A DNA stretch of 50,819 nt from Candidatus Woesearchaeota archaeon. Lineage in GTDB: Archaea > Nanobdellota > Nanobdellia > Pacearchaeales > GW2011-AR1. The stretch's first letter is position 1. The number at the start of each line of letters is the position of its first letter. Under the pieces are notes generated by a model. That model worked only from the letters and a program-made list of their open reading frames with translations. It was not told the origin of the DNA and searched no databases. Shown one piece after another: positions 8,025 to 17,251 of this stretch. The stretch spans positions 1-50,819 of the forward strand of contig CAZRUG010000005.1 in assembly GCA_964603295.1 (NCBI GenBank), written 5' to 3'. The position numbers were made by a program, and so were the translations under genes.

Positions 8025-8572
8025 TTCAAAATACTTGCTTTGATTATCTTAACTTCTTCCAAGGGTTTATCATTTGCATTTGTTTCAACTTTTGCAATTG
8101 CATCAACAACATCCATTCCTTCAATAACTTTTCCAAAAGCAGGATGTTTAGAATCCAAAAAATCATTATTTTTAAGATTTATAAAAAATTGCGAACCTCC
8201 TGAATTTGGTTGTCCAGTATTTGCCATTGAAATTGTCCCTCTGTCATTTTTATTTCCCCCAGCATGAGTAAATTCATCTTCAATTGTATAACCAGGACCG
8301 CCACTTCCAGTTCCAGTTGGATCACCACTCTGAATCATAAAACCATCAATTACTCTATGAAAAATAACACCGTCATAAAAACCCTCTTTAACAAGTTTTT
8401 CAAAATTTCCAGTAGTAATTGGCATATCAGAATATAAATTAATAACTATGTCCCCTTTTGTTGTCTCTAATTTAACTCTTGTTCCCATGTCTTGATTATA
8501 TTGATACCAAATTCCCCCTACTAAAAGCAAAATAATTGCAGTTATAAAGATTACTAAATTAATTCTTTTCAT
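8018..8572 (-). CDS. Cyclophilin-type peptidyl-prolyl cis-trans isomerase with an N-terminal membrane anchor
   Basis: It contains FHRVIDGFMIQSGDPTGTGSGGPGY...GTISMAN..PNSGGSQFFI, the classic cyclophilin core. The N-terminus has a hydrophobic helix. Confidence 0.9.
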   Translation of the reverse strand: MKRINLVIFITAIILLLVGGIWYQYNQDMGTRVKLETTKGDIVINLYSDMPITTGNFEKLVKEGFYDGVIFHRVIDGFMIQSGDPTGTGSGGPGYTIEDEFTHAGGNKNDRGTISMANTGQPNSGGSQFFINLKNNDFLDSKHPAFGKVIEGMDVVDAIAKVETNANDKPLEEVKIIKASILNQ

Positions 8573-8608
8573 AAATTAAAAAATAAAAAGAGGTTTATAA
8601 AATTATAT

Positions 8609-9313
8609 CTAAAATCTTTCAGAAACATAATTCCAAACTTCTTCATGAATATCTTTAGGAGTTCTCATCACACCTTCGGGAGCACATTTAATGACTTTCC
8701 ATCCAAATCTTTCAGCAACTTCTAAGTAAGCTTTTTCAGCTCTTTGAATATGTTCAATATCAACTTCGTGCATATCTAATTTTTCACTTGTTTCTCCAGA
8801 AAACTTCTTTTTCAATTCTTGTGCAACTTGCCACGGAGTATAAAGAAAAAGAACATCATCTTCTTTGTGAACACCCAAGACATTAACCTCATAATTATCT
8901 AACCAATCAACAACTTTAACTCTCTCAGCAGAATCCCTAATCTTTCCAGCTTGATGTCCCATGTTTGATTGACGATATCTATCTAATAAAACAAACTTTC
9001 CTTGAGCAAGTGCATTTTCAATTTCAGGTTTTGCAGCCAATCTATCAAGAGCATAAAGTGTTGAAGCAATTTTCCAATGAACATCATCTGCCTTGCCAAA
9101 CCAACCAGAATCCCCTTTCCAATCATAATAATCAACATCTTTTCCCAAATAACATTGTCCAATCATTCTTCCAGTTGGAGTGTCATAACAAGGAAAACTA
9201 AATGATTCAACATCTCTTCCAGAAGAAATCAATCTCTTTTCAAGTAAACCAACCTGAGTTTGCTTTCCAGAACCATCTGTTCCCTCAACAACAATTGAAA
9301 ATCCTTTTTTCAT
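8609..9313 (-). CDS. tmk: Thymidylate kinase
   Basis: It has the P-loop VVEGTDGSGKQTQ and the LLDRYRQSNMGHQAG (DRY..S) motif. It sits adjacent to the thyX-like gene. Confidence 0.8.
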   Translation of the reverse strand: MKKGFSIVVEGTDGSGKQTQVGLLEKRLISSGRDVESFSFPCYDTPTGRMIGQCYLGKDVDYYDWKGDSGWFGKADDVHWKIASTLYALDRLAAKPEIENALAQGKFVLLDRYRQSNMGHQAGKIRDSAERVKVVDWLDNYEVNVLGVHKEDDVLFLYTPWQVAQELKKKFSGETSEKLDMHEVDIEHIQRAEKAYLEVAERFGWKVIKCAPEGVMRTPKDIHEEVWNYVSERF

Positions 9314-9325
9314 TTTAATAGAAAT

Positions 9326-10552
9326 TTAAACTAATCTCTCAAGAGCTTTTTTTCCAGTCCAGACACAAGCTGAAGGACATTTAATTCCTTGCAAACACTT
9401 TGGCTTCAAAGCATTCTCACCATATTTATCTTGAAAAGCCCCATACTCTTGAGAAGTCTTTTTTGTTTGATCCATAATTTCCCATTGAGCATGACCACAA
9501 TTTCTTAACAATGTCTTAGAACGAAAATCTTCAATCATACCTCTTTCAGTAACATTGATTAATTGAGCTTGAGGAAAATCATAGGCTGTAACAGATTCAA
9601 CATCTTTCATCCATTCACTAACCAAATAATCCTTGCCCTCCAAAATAGGTGGAACAAAAAGACCTTTGTCAGCACCTAATTCAAGACCACCATTAATATT
9701 ATAGTTAATTGTTCTATGCCTATGCTCTTGAGCTAAACCAGCAAAACTTATGTCATAATCAGTAGAATAAACACTTTCACCAAAATGATTCTCTGAAACA
9801 GCTGGCTGAAACAAAGACAAATGCCGATCTGTTTGATTATCCATTCCTTCAACTTTTAAACCAGAAACCATTCTATTAAATAATTCCATATATGGAATTA
9901 ATCTTTGCGCAAATTCATTAGAGCAATTTCTCTCTTCAGAACCTTCAGCAAAACCCTTAAATCTATTCATTAAAAAATTCAATTGCCTCCAATTAACAGT
10001 ATGAACCATTTTTGTAGCAGTAAAAACACTTGTCATATAACGAGCATTTTCTTGAGCTAATTTCTTAATATTTGCTTCTCTTGCATTTGAATCTCTCATT
10101 TCAGGATAAACCCTATCAATTTCAGGGATTAAAAGACCCATCCATTTATCATAAAGTTCTTTTTGATGTTCCTCAACATCACTCATTTGAGTATACCTTG
10201 CAGATTTTTCAGAAGTTGCATATTGCTTTTCATTATTAAAGACCATTGCCAAAATCTTAGGCAAACCCCTAAAATTAAAATTAAAATTAATATGTTCAAA
10301 AACACTATGGTGTCCAGAATTAATTAATCTCTCTAAAAGTTTCTGATTCGGTGCTTCAGTTAAAAGCTCATTAAAATCTTTTTCAGTATAACAAACTCTT
10401 GCGCAATTTTGAGAAAACTTTTGCATTTCATGAATTATTCTATCTCTATCTAGAGAATCTTCAACAGAAGCTTCAATATCTTTTAAAGAAACATCCACAA
10501 AATTATTTGTAGAACCAATCAGCTGAACATCAAATCCATCTTTATTTAACAT
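9326..10552 (-). CDS. thyX: Flavin-dependent thymidylate synthase ThyX-like, double-domain (pseudo-dimeric) form
   Basis: The N-terminal half has GHHSVFEHINFNF, SEKSARY and HTVNWRQLNFLMNRF. The C-terminal half has YDISFAGLAQEHRHRTINYN and LLRNCGHAQWEI. I compared these from memory with T. maritima ThyX motifs (GHETPFEH, RHRIASYNELSGRY, TVNARSLMNFLNLR, SHAQWEI). Confidence 0.6.
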   Translation of the reverse strand: MLNKDGFDVQLIGSTNNFVDVSLKDIEASVEDSLDRDRIIHEMQKFSQNCARVCYTEKDFNELLTEAPNQKLLERLINSGHHSVFEHINFNFNFRGLPKILAMVFNNEKQYATSEKSARYTQMSDVEEHQKELYDKWMGLLIPEIDRVYPEMRDSNAREANIKKLAQENARYMTSVFTATKMVHTVNWRQLNFLMNRFKGFAEGSEERNCSNEFAQRLIPYMELFNRMVSGLKVEGMDNQTDRHLSLFQPAVSENHFGESVYSTDYDISFAGLAQEHRHRTINYNINGGLELGADKGLFVPPILEGKDYLVSEWMKDVESVTAYDFPQAQLINVTERGMIEDFRSKTLLRNCGHAQWEIMDQTKKTSQEYGAFQDKYGENALKPKCLQGIKCPSACVWTGKKALERLV

Positions 10553-10718
10553 AAATTAATTCAAATCAAAACTCTTTATAAAAACTATTGCACTCAAAAA
10601 TATATATTAAAATTATTTAATCTTTCGTTATTCATGTTTCTATTATGGTTAGGATATAATAAAGACTTTAATCTTTCATATTCGAGTGTCTGCGACTACG
10701 AGAATACCATAAAAGACA

Positions 10719-11027
10719 TTAGTCTTTCATTTCTATCTTAATATTAACATTCTTAGGAATCTGCATTCTCATAATATGATGAAGAACTCTTTCATTTGCA
10801 GGCAAGTCAATCAATCTTTTATGAATACGCATTTCATATCTATCAAAAGTAGCAGTACCATCACCACATGGAGACTTCCGAGTAGTCACTTTAAGTTTCT
10901 TAGTTGGAAGAGGAATCGGTCCACTAATCACAATCCCAGACTTCTTTGCTAATTGTCTTATATTCTCACAAATATTATTTAACATATCAATATCTGTGCT
11001 ATTTAATTTAATACGTACTTTTGGCAT
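10719..11027 (-). CDS. rps10: 30S ribosomal protein S10 (uS10)
   Basis: MPKVRIKL...ISGPIPLPTKKLKVTTRKSPCGDGTATFDRYEMRIHKRLIDL is a typical uS10 sequence. Confidence 0.95.
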   Translation of the reverse strand: MPKVRIKLNSTDIDMLNNICENIRQLAKKSGIVISGPIPLPTKKLKVTTRKSPCGDGTATFDRYEMRIHKRLIDLPANERVLHHIMRMQIPKNVNIKIEMKD

Positions 11028-11066
11028 ATAAAACTGACTAAATTTTGGTTTAAAAATGTTGTTGTT

Positions 11067-11390
11067 CTAAACTAATCCAGGATTTTCTTTAAATAAATAA
11101 TCTATTGGAGCACAAAGATAAATTCTTCTATTCTCAGTCTTTCTACCTAAACTCAAATCAATTTTGTTGCCTGTTTCAGTAACTAAAATATATCCCTCAA
11201 AAAAAGGAAATTTCTTAATTCTTGCATATTCTCCCAAATTTTCTCCATTAACAGAAAAAATGTTTGGAGAGATTGCAGTAAGTTCCTCTAAAGTTAACAC
11301 CTTATCCACCCCTTCAAGATTACATAATACAAAGACTCTCTTATCTGCCATGAGCCAAACAAAAAGAAAATTCATTTTAAATTTTTTCAA
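11067..11390 (-). CDS. Hypothetical protein (the true start is probably Met14 at 11351)
   Basis: From the ORF track. A TATA-like TTTAAAA around 11376-11383 fits the internal ATG better than the ORF-track start. Confidence 0.45.
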   Translation of the reverse strand: MKKFKMNFLFVWLMADKRVFVLCNLEGVDKVLTLEELTAISPNIFSVNGENLGEYARIKKFPFFEGYILVTETGNKIDLSLGRKTENRRIYLCAPIDYLFKENPGLV

Positions 11391-11433
11391 AACATTTTTA
11401 TAGGATTTTTTGTTAACATATTAAAAGAGAAAA

Positions 11434-13137
11434 ATGTCAAACATATTTACCAATCTTAGTTTAATTATTCTTATTGCAGTAATCATAGCTGGATTGATGA
11501 GAATTTTTAGACAGCCTCTCTTAATTGGATATATTTTTACTGGGATAATTGTTGGACCATATGTTCTTAATCTCTTATCTGAATCACCGACTTTCGGAAC
11601 CTTTTCTCAAATTGGGGTTGCCTTACTTTTATTTACTGTGGGATTACATTTAAATCCAAAAGTTATTAAAGAAGTTGGAAAAATTTCACTTATAACAGGT
11701 ATTGGGCAAGTAATGTTCACTTCAATTTTTGGATTTTTAATTGCAAGTCTCCTTGGATTTTCTATAATTTCTTCCCTCTATATTGCCATAGCCCTTAGTT
11801 TTAGTAGTACAATTATAATTATGAAACTGCTCTCTGATAAAGGAGATGTAGATAGCCTATATGGAAAAATTTCAATTGGTTTTCTAATTGTGCAAGATTT
11901 AATTGCAGTTGCAATATTAATGATTATTTCTTCCACTTCTGGAGAGGCCTTTGCCCAAAATTTATTTTTTAAAGCTATTTTAATTGGAATATTTGTATTA
12001 TTTGGTTTGTTTTTATTTAGTTGGAAATTGCTTCCTTCGATATTAAAAGTAGTTGCAAAATCTCAAGAATTTTTATTTTTATTTTCAATTGGTTGGTGTT
12101 TAGCACTTGCAAGTTTATTTGAAATCTTAAATTTCTCTTTAGAAATTGGTGCATTGCTTGCAGGAATTGCAATTTCAATAACTCCTTATGCTCATGAAAT
12201 TAGTGCAAAAATGAGGCCATTAAGAGATTTTTTTATTGTTTTATTTTTTATTGTTATTGGTTCTCAAATGATTATCGGAGATATCTCTGTTAATCTTATT
12301 CCAATAATAATTTTTTCTTTGTTTATTTTAATTGGTAATCCTTTGATTGTCATAAGCATTATGTCTATTATGGGTTATACAAAAAGAATTGGATTCTTGT
12401 CAGGATTAACAGTTGCCCAAATAAGTGAGTTTTCAATCATCCTTGCAATGTTAGGTGTTTCTGTTGGACATTTAAACCAAGAGGTTTTATCTTTAATAAC
12501 AGTCATTGCTTTAATAACAATTGCAGGCTCGACCTATTCAATTACTTATTCAAAAAAATTATATCCAAAAATTTCAAGATTTATCCCTTTTTCTGAAAAA
12601 AAGAAAAGAAATAATTCAAAAAAAATAAAAAACTATGATGCGATTTTATTTGGATACAATAGAATTGGTTTTAGTATTTTAAATTCTTTAAAAAAAATAA
12701 AGAAAAAATATTTAGTTATTGATTTTAACCCAGATACAATTTCTAATTTGCAAAAATTTAGAATTCCTTGTTTATATGGGGATATTGAAGATATTGAATT
12801 ACTAAATGAATTACCTTTAAACAAAATTGAAATAGCAGTGTCTACTATCCCCGACTATGAAACAAATGAAATATTAATTGAAACAATAAGAATGGTTAAT
12901 AAGAAAGCAATTATAATTGTAAGAGCCCATCATTTAAATGATGCATTGGAACTATATAAAAAAGGGGCAGACTATGTTCTTACTCCTCATTTCCTTGGGG
13001 GAGAATATGTTGCTAAAATGATTCATAAAATTAAAACAAGTGAAAAAGGTTATCAATCAGAGAGAGAAGAACATATTAAAATGTTAAAAAAAAGACTCGG
13101 AGCAGACCACAAACATCCAGCAATAGAAAAAGGTTAG
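11434..13137 (+). CDS. CPA2-family cation:proton antiporter (Kef-type) with a C-terminal RCK/TrkA-N domain
   Basis: About 12 TM segments are followed by ILFGYNRIGFSIL...DIEDIELL, a Rossmann-like RCK domain. Confidence 0.85.
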   Translation: MSNIFTNLSLIILIAVIIAGLMRIFRQPLLIGYIFTGIIVGPYVLNLLSESPTFGTFSQIGVALLLFTVGLHLNPKVIKEVGKISLITGIGQVMFTSIFGFLIASLLGFSIISSLYIAIALSFSSTIIIMKLLSDKGDVDSLYGKISIGFLIVQDLIAVAILMIISSTSGEAFAQNLFFKAILIGIFVLFGLFLFSWKLLPSILKVVAKSQEFLFLFSIGWCLALASLFEILNFSLEIGALLAGIAISITPYAHEISAKMRPLRDFFIVLFFIVIGSQMIIGDISVNLIPIIIFSLFILIGNPLIVISIMSIMGYTKRIGFLSGLTVAQISEFSIILAMLGVSVGHLNQEVLSLITVIALITIAGSTYSITYSKKLYPKISRFIPFSEKKKRNNSKKIKNYDAILFGYNRIGFSILNSLKKIKKKYLVIDFNPDTISNLQKFRIPCLYGDIEDIELLNELPLNKIEIAVSTIPDYETNEILIETIRMVNKKAIIIVRAHHLNDALELYKKGADYVLTPHFLGGEYVAKMIHKIKTSEKGYQSEREEHIKMLKKRLGADHKHPAIEKG

Positions 13138-13298
13138 AAAATCTTAAAAACCCAAAAAACCATTATTCAATATCTGTTTTATTTTCATTATCAGAGTGTG
13201 ATAAAATATCACATTCTTTAGAGTTATTTATTAAATAACTTGTTTCCAAATTACTCATATAACCACAAAGTATCAAGACCTTATAAATTTATTTCATA

Positions 13299-15089
13299 AT
13301 GGATTTAGAAGAAAAATACAAAATTAATTTTAAGTATAACATTAATGAATACTGGAAGTTACTAAAAAAACACAAAAAAACATTTACTCTACTTATCTTT
13401 ATCACATTATTCATGAATGCTTTAGCAATAGTTGATAAATTCTTATTTAAAAGAATTATTGATGACGGAGCATTATTTTTAGATGGAAGTCTTGCACAAA
13501 ATATTTTTATTCAAACACTAACAATAATTGCAATAATCTACCTAAGTGTCTCAGTTGGCAGAACTATTTTTAGATGGTTATATATTCATTTTATAAATGT
13601 ATTAGATGCAAAACTAATCTTAGATTTAAAAACACACTATTTTTCACATATAATAAAACTCTCGCAAAAATTCCACACAACACACAAAACAGGTTCTCTA
13701 ATCTCACGATTAGGAAGAGGTTCAAACGCAGTAGAAACAATGACAGATGCAATAATCTTTCATTTCACACCACTACTATTTAATTTAATTATTGTTGGAT
13801 TTTCTTTAGCTTATTTTAGTATAAAAACAGCAATTGTTGTTGTAATAATGTCAATAATTTTCATTTCATATAGTTGGAAAATCCAGCAAAAGCAACAAAA
13901 ATATAAAATACAATTTAATGCTGCAACAGATACAGAAAAAGCTTATGTAGCAGATATTTTCACAAACATAGATACAATAAAATATTTTGGAAAAGAAAAA
14001 TTAATTGACAAAAAATACAAAGCACTTTCCACAGACACAAATAACAAATTCCTAATTTACAATGGATTTTATCGTTGGTTTGATGCAGGACAATTATTTA
14101 TTATTGGTGTGAGTTTATTTTTCCTAATCTACTTTCCATTACAACAATTTTTAGCAGGGGAAATGACAATTGGTACTTTAACATTTATCTATACAGCATA
14201 TAGTCAAATAACAATGCCTTTATTTGGATTTGTTTGGGGATTAAGAAGCTTTTACAGAGCAATGGCTGATTTCCAAGATTTATTTGAATATGGAAAAATT
14301 GAAAATGATATTAAAGACAAAAAAAATGCTGAACAGATAAAAATTCAAAAAGGCGGAATAGAATTCAAAAATGTATCATTTAATTATGGAAAAAGAAAGG
14401 CATTTAGTTTAAAGAATTTTAATCTAAAAATAAAACCAAATGAAAAAGTAGCTTTTGTGGGACATTCTGGTTGTGGAAAAACAACATTAGTAAAACTTCT
14501 ATATAGATTATATGATGTTCAAAAAGGAGATATAAAAATAGATAATAAAAAGATAACCGAAGTTAAACAAGAATCATTAAGAAGTGAAATGAGTATTGTT
14601 CCACAAGAAGCAATTTTATTTGATGATACAATCTATAATAATGTAAAATTTGCAAATCCTTCTGCAACAAAAAAAGAAGTTATGCAAGCAATAAAATATG
14701 CTCAACTTGATAAAGTGATTAATAAACTTTCTCAAAAAGAAAAAACAATTGTGGGTGAAAGAGGAGTCAAACTTTCAGGAGGGGAAAAACAAAGAGTTTC
14801 AATTGCTCGAGCAATTTTAGCAAACAAAAAAATATTAATCTTAGATGAAGCAACCTCTGCATTAGATTCAGAAACAGAACACGCAATTCAAGAAGCACTT
14901 CAATATTTATTAAAAGGAAGAACATCAATAATAATTGCGCATAGACTTTCAACAATTATGAATGCAAACAGAATCATTGTTATGAAAAATGGTGAAATCA
15001 TTGAGCAAGGAACACACAATGCACTAATCAGAAAGAATGGAGAATATAAAAAGCTCTGGAAGATGCAAAAAGGTGGTTATATAAAATAA
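13299..15089 (+). CDS. ABC exporter, fused permease and ATPase (ABCB/MsbA-like)
   Basis: It has a six-TM N-terminal domain, Walker A GHSGCGKTT, signature LSGGEKQR and Walker B ILILDEATSALD. Confidence 0.9.
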   Translation: MDLEEKYKINFKYNINEYWKLLKKHKKTFTLLIFITLFMNALAIVDKFLFKRIIDDGALFLDGSLAQNIFIQTLTIIAIIYLSVSVGRTIFRWLYIHFINVLDAKLILDLKTHYFSHIIKLSQKFHTTHKTGSLISRLGRGSNAVETMTDAIIFHFTPLLFNLIIVGFSLAYFSIKTAIVVVIMSIIFISYSWKIQQKQQKYKIQFNAATDTEKAYVADIFTNIDTIKYFGKEKLIDKKYKALSTDTNNKFLIYNGFYRWFDAGQLFIIGVSLFFLIYFPLQQFLAGEMTIGTLTFIYTAYSQITMPLFGFVWGLRSFYRAMADFQDLFEYGKIENDIKDKKNAEQIKIQKGGIEFKNVSFNYGKRKAFSLKNFNLKIKPNEKVAFVGHSGCGKTTLVKLLYRLYDVQKGDIKIDNKKITEVKQESLRSEMSIVPQEAILFDDTIYNNVKFANPSATKKEVMQAIKYAQLDKVINKLSQKEKTIVGERGVKLSGGEKQRVSIARAILANKKILILDEATSALDSETEHAIQEALQYLLKGRTSIIIAHRLSTIMNANRIIVMKNGEIIEQGTHNALIRKNGEYKKLWKMQKGGYIK

Positions 15090-15755
15090 TTATTCTTCTT
15101 CAGGTTCATCTTCTAAACCAAACAAGTAAAAAATAAAATCAAAGAATCTTAATAAAAATTCTAAGATTAAAATAAATAAAAGATACTGAAATGCATGAAC
15201 AAAATAAGAAGGTAGTTCAGCCAATCTTCCAATAAAAACACTAAAAAAGTTTTCATTAAAAAAACTTGGTGTTAAAATTGCAGAAGTTAAAAGCATTAAA
15301 GGAAAAATCTTTGCAACATCTTGAGATAATTTTTCTCCATAACCAGGAAGATAAGCAATCATTCTAATTGCAGCGATAATTGCAGCAGACACCAAAAGAA
15401 TTGTATTTAAATCCACAATATTCTCTATTAATGCAATTAAGAAAAAAGTTAATACAATAAACCATAAGAAAATTAAAAATGGTGAAATAAGCAAATATTC
15501 AAAAAAATACAAAATACCTGCAAACAATTTTTCAAAAAAGACATTTTCAGATTTATTATATTGTTTGAGATTTAGATCAAGAACATTCTTTTTTGAAATA
15601 AAAGTATAAAACTTCCATACAAAAATAGAATAAATAACAATCAATAAAACCAAAACAAAAAGATTAACAAAATTTTGCGCCCAAGGAGGGATAAATGATA
15701 CTAATGAATTATATATCCCAATCAAAGAACTTGTAATACTTGACATCACCTCCAT
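15090..15755 (-). CDS. Polytopic membrane protein, unknown function
   Basis: From the ORF track. It has multiple hydrophobic helices and an acidic C-terminal tail. TTTAAAAA lies 22-29 nt upstream of the ATG. Confidence 0.6.
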   Translation of the reverse strand: MEVMSSITSSLIGIYNSLVSFIPPWAQNFVNLFVLVLLIVIYSIFVWKFYTFISKKNVLDLNLKQYNKSENVFFEKLFAGILYFFEYLLISPFLIFLWFIVLTFFLIALIENIVDLNTILLVSAAIIAAIRMIAYLPGYGEKLSQDVAKIFPLMLLTSAILTPSFFNENFFSVFIGRLAELPSYFVHAFQYLLFILILEFLLRFFDFIFYLFGLEDEPEEE

Positions 15756-15790
15756 ATAATTAATAAAAATCTCTTGTTTTTAAACATTTT

Positions 15791-15806
15791 CAAAAAGTTT
15801 AAATAG
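15791..15806 (+). promoter_or_regulatory. BRE/TATA-like promoter for the Ser-rich mini-ORF
   Basis: In CAAAAAGTTTAAATAG, the TTTAAATA octamer lies at -29..-22 from the ATG at 15827. The same octamer sits at the same distance before serS. Confidence 0.45.
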
Positions 15807-15826
15807 TTTAAAACATTAAAAAAATA

Positions 15827-15877
15827 ATGAAAACTAGATTAACTTTAATTTCAGCAAGTTCTTCTAGTTCCAACTAA
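15827..15877 (+). CDS. Candidate 16-codon Ser-rich mini-ORF (MKTRLTLISASSSSSN) upstream of serS
   Basis: I translated this by hand. Six of the 16 codons are Ser, and five are consecutive. The promoter sits at canonical leaderless spacing. The ORF is too short to score as coding. Confidence 0.3.
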   Translation: MKTRLTLISASSSSSN

Positions 15878-15878
15878 A

Positions 15879-15899
15879 TCAAAACTCTAAGAGTTTTGA
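15879..15899. promoter_or_regulatory. Perfect 21-bp palindrome TCAAAACTCTAAGAGTTTTGA (hairpin or operator)
   Basis: I verified it base by base. It starts 2 nt after the mini-ORF stop. A T-run follows at 15910-15913. Confidence 0.6.
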
Positions 15900-15914
15900 G
15901 ACAGAATTCTTTTA

Positions 15915-15925
15915 ACTCTAAGAGT
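15915..15925. promoter_or_regulatory. Second copy of the 11-bp palindromic core ACTCTAAGAGT, abutting the serS promoter
   Basis: The core is identical to that of the first palindrome. The two centres are 31 bp apart. Confidence 0.5.
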
Positions 15926-15940
15926 AAACTTTAAATAAAA
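15924..15940 (+). promoter_or_regulatory. serS BRE/TATA-like promoter
   Basis: In GTAAACTTTAAATAAAA, the TTTAAATA octamer lies at -29..-22 from the ATG at 15959. Confidence 0.5.
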
Positions 15941-15958
15941 CAAAATACAAAAAATAAA

Positions 15959-17251
15959 ATGATTGACATTCAATTAATCAGAGATAATCCTAACCTTGTA
16001 AAGGAAAATATGAAAAAGAAATTTAGAAAAGATTTACATCTTGTTGATGATTTAATAAAGCTCGACGAAAAATGGAAAAAAATCAAGTATGAAGAAGAGC
16101 AATTAAGAAAAGAAAGAAATAAAGTTTCTAAAGAAATTAGTGAAGCAAAAAAATCAAAGGACGAAAAAAAAGCTAAAAAATTAATGAAAGATGCAAAAGA
16201 AATTCCTAAAAAAATTGATGAATTAAATGAAAAAAGAAAAAAACTTGAACAAGAAATTTTTAACACACAAGCAAAAATTCCAAATATAATGTCTAAAAGA
16301 GTTCCAATTGGAGAAGATGATTCTAAAAATGTTGATGAAAAACATATTGGGGAACCAAAAGAATTGGGATTTGATCCAAAAAGTCATGTAGAAATTATTG
16401 AGAATTTAGGTCTAGCAGATTTTGATTCTTCAGCAAGAGTCTCTGGAAATGGATTCTATTATATAGAGGGTGATTTAGCACTTATGCAATCAGCATTGAT
16501 AAATTTTGCAAGGGACTTAATGATCTCAAAAGGATTTAATTATGTTGAAACACCTTATTTACTAAGAGAAGAAATTATTGATAAAGTTACTGACTTAAAT
16601 GATAAAGAAAACCAAATCTATGTTGTTGAAGATTCTCCAAAAATGGCTTTAATTGGAACATCAGAACATTCTTTAATTAGTCGTTATGCAGGGCAAGAAA
16701 TTGATGAAAAGAAATTACCAATTAAACAAACAAGTTACTCAATGTGTTTTAGAAAAGAAATCGGGGCCCATGGAATTGATGAAAAAGGTTTATTTAGAAC
16801 ACACCAATTTAATAAAATTGAAATGGTTGTTATTTGTAAACCAGATATAAAAGAATCAGAAAAATTTTATCGAGAAATGCAAGACATAACTTTAGAAATT
16901 TTTGAAAAAATAGAAATTCCAGCAAGAGTATTAACAATATGTTCAGGAGATTTAGGTGATCTAAAATATGAACAAATAGATGTTGAAGCATGGTCTCCAA
17001 GAAGAAAAGATTATTTTGAAGTTGGTTCATGCTCTAACCTAACAACATCTCAGGCAAGAAAATTAGGGATCTCTACAAGAATAAAAAATGAAAGGGTAAT
17101 TCCACACACATTAAATAACACAGCCATTGCAACCTCACGAGCCCTAGTAGCAATTATTGAAAATAACCAAACAAAAGAAGGAACAATAAAAATACCAAAA
17201 GCTCTTCAACCATATATGCTTGGAAAAAAAGAAATCAAACCAAAAAAATGA
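15959..17251 (+). CDS. serS: Seryl-tRNA synthetase
   Basis: An N-terminal coiled-coil arm precedes a class II core (FRKEIGAHG, FRTHQFNKIEM, GSCSNLTTSQARK, LNNTAIATSRALVAIIENNQ). Confidence 0.95.
   Translation: MIDIQLIRDNPNLVKENMKKKFRKDLHLVDDLIKLDEKWKKIKYEEEQLRKERNKVSKEISEAKKSKDEKKAKKLMKDAKEIPKKIDELNEKRKKLEQEIFNTQAKIPNIMSKRVPIGEDDSKNVDEKHIGEPKELGFDPKSHVEIIENLGLADFDSSARVSGNGFYYIEGDLALMQSALINFARDLMISKGFNYVETPYLLREEIIDKVTDLNDKENQIYVVEDSPKMALIGTSEHSLISRYAGQEIDEKKLPIKQTSYSMCFRKEIGAHGIDEKGLFRTHQFNKIEMVVICKPDIKESEKFYREMQDITLEIFEKIEIPARVLTICSGDLGDLKYEQIDVEAWSPRRKDYFEVGSCSNLTTSQARKLGISTRIKNERVIPHTLNNTAIATSRALVAIIENNQTKEGTIKIPKALQPYMLGKKEIKPKK

Noticed and set aside
8015-8267. Two plus-strand ORFs (8015-8203 and 8040-8267).
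   Set aside because: They are fully antisense to the well-supported cyclophilin gene.
10683-10702. A GC-rich patch, CGAGTGTCTGCGACTACGAG, lies just downstream of rps10. It partly resembles the 35-nt repeat downstream of rps7 (GTGTCTGCGACT versus GTGTCAGCGAGT).
   Set aside because: The match is only about 10 of 12 nt, and the similarity collapses on both sides. I cannot distinguish this from chance without a genome-wide repeat search.
13197-13240. The palindromes TGTGATA-AAA-TATCACA (13197-13213) and AGTTATTTATTAAATAACT (13222-13240) lie between the antiporter and the ABC exporter.
   Set aside because: A/T-rich palindromes of this size are expected by chance in intergenic DNA this AT-rich. 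They could be a terminator or an operator, but nothing discriminates between these options.
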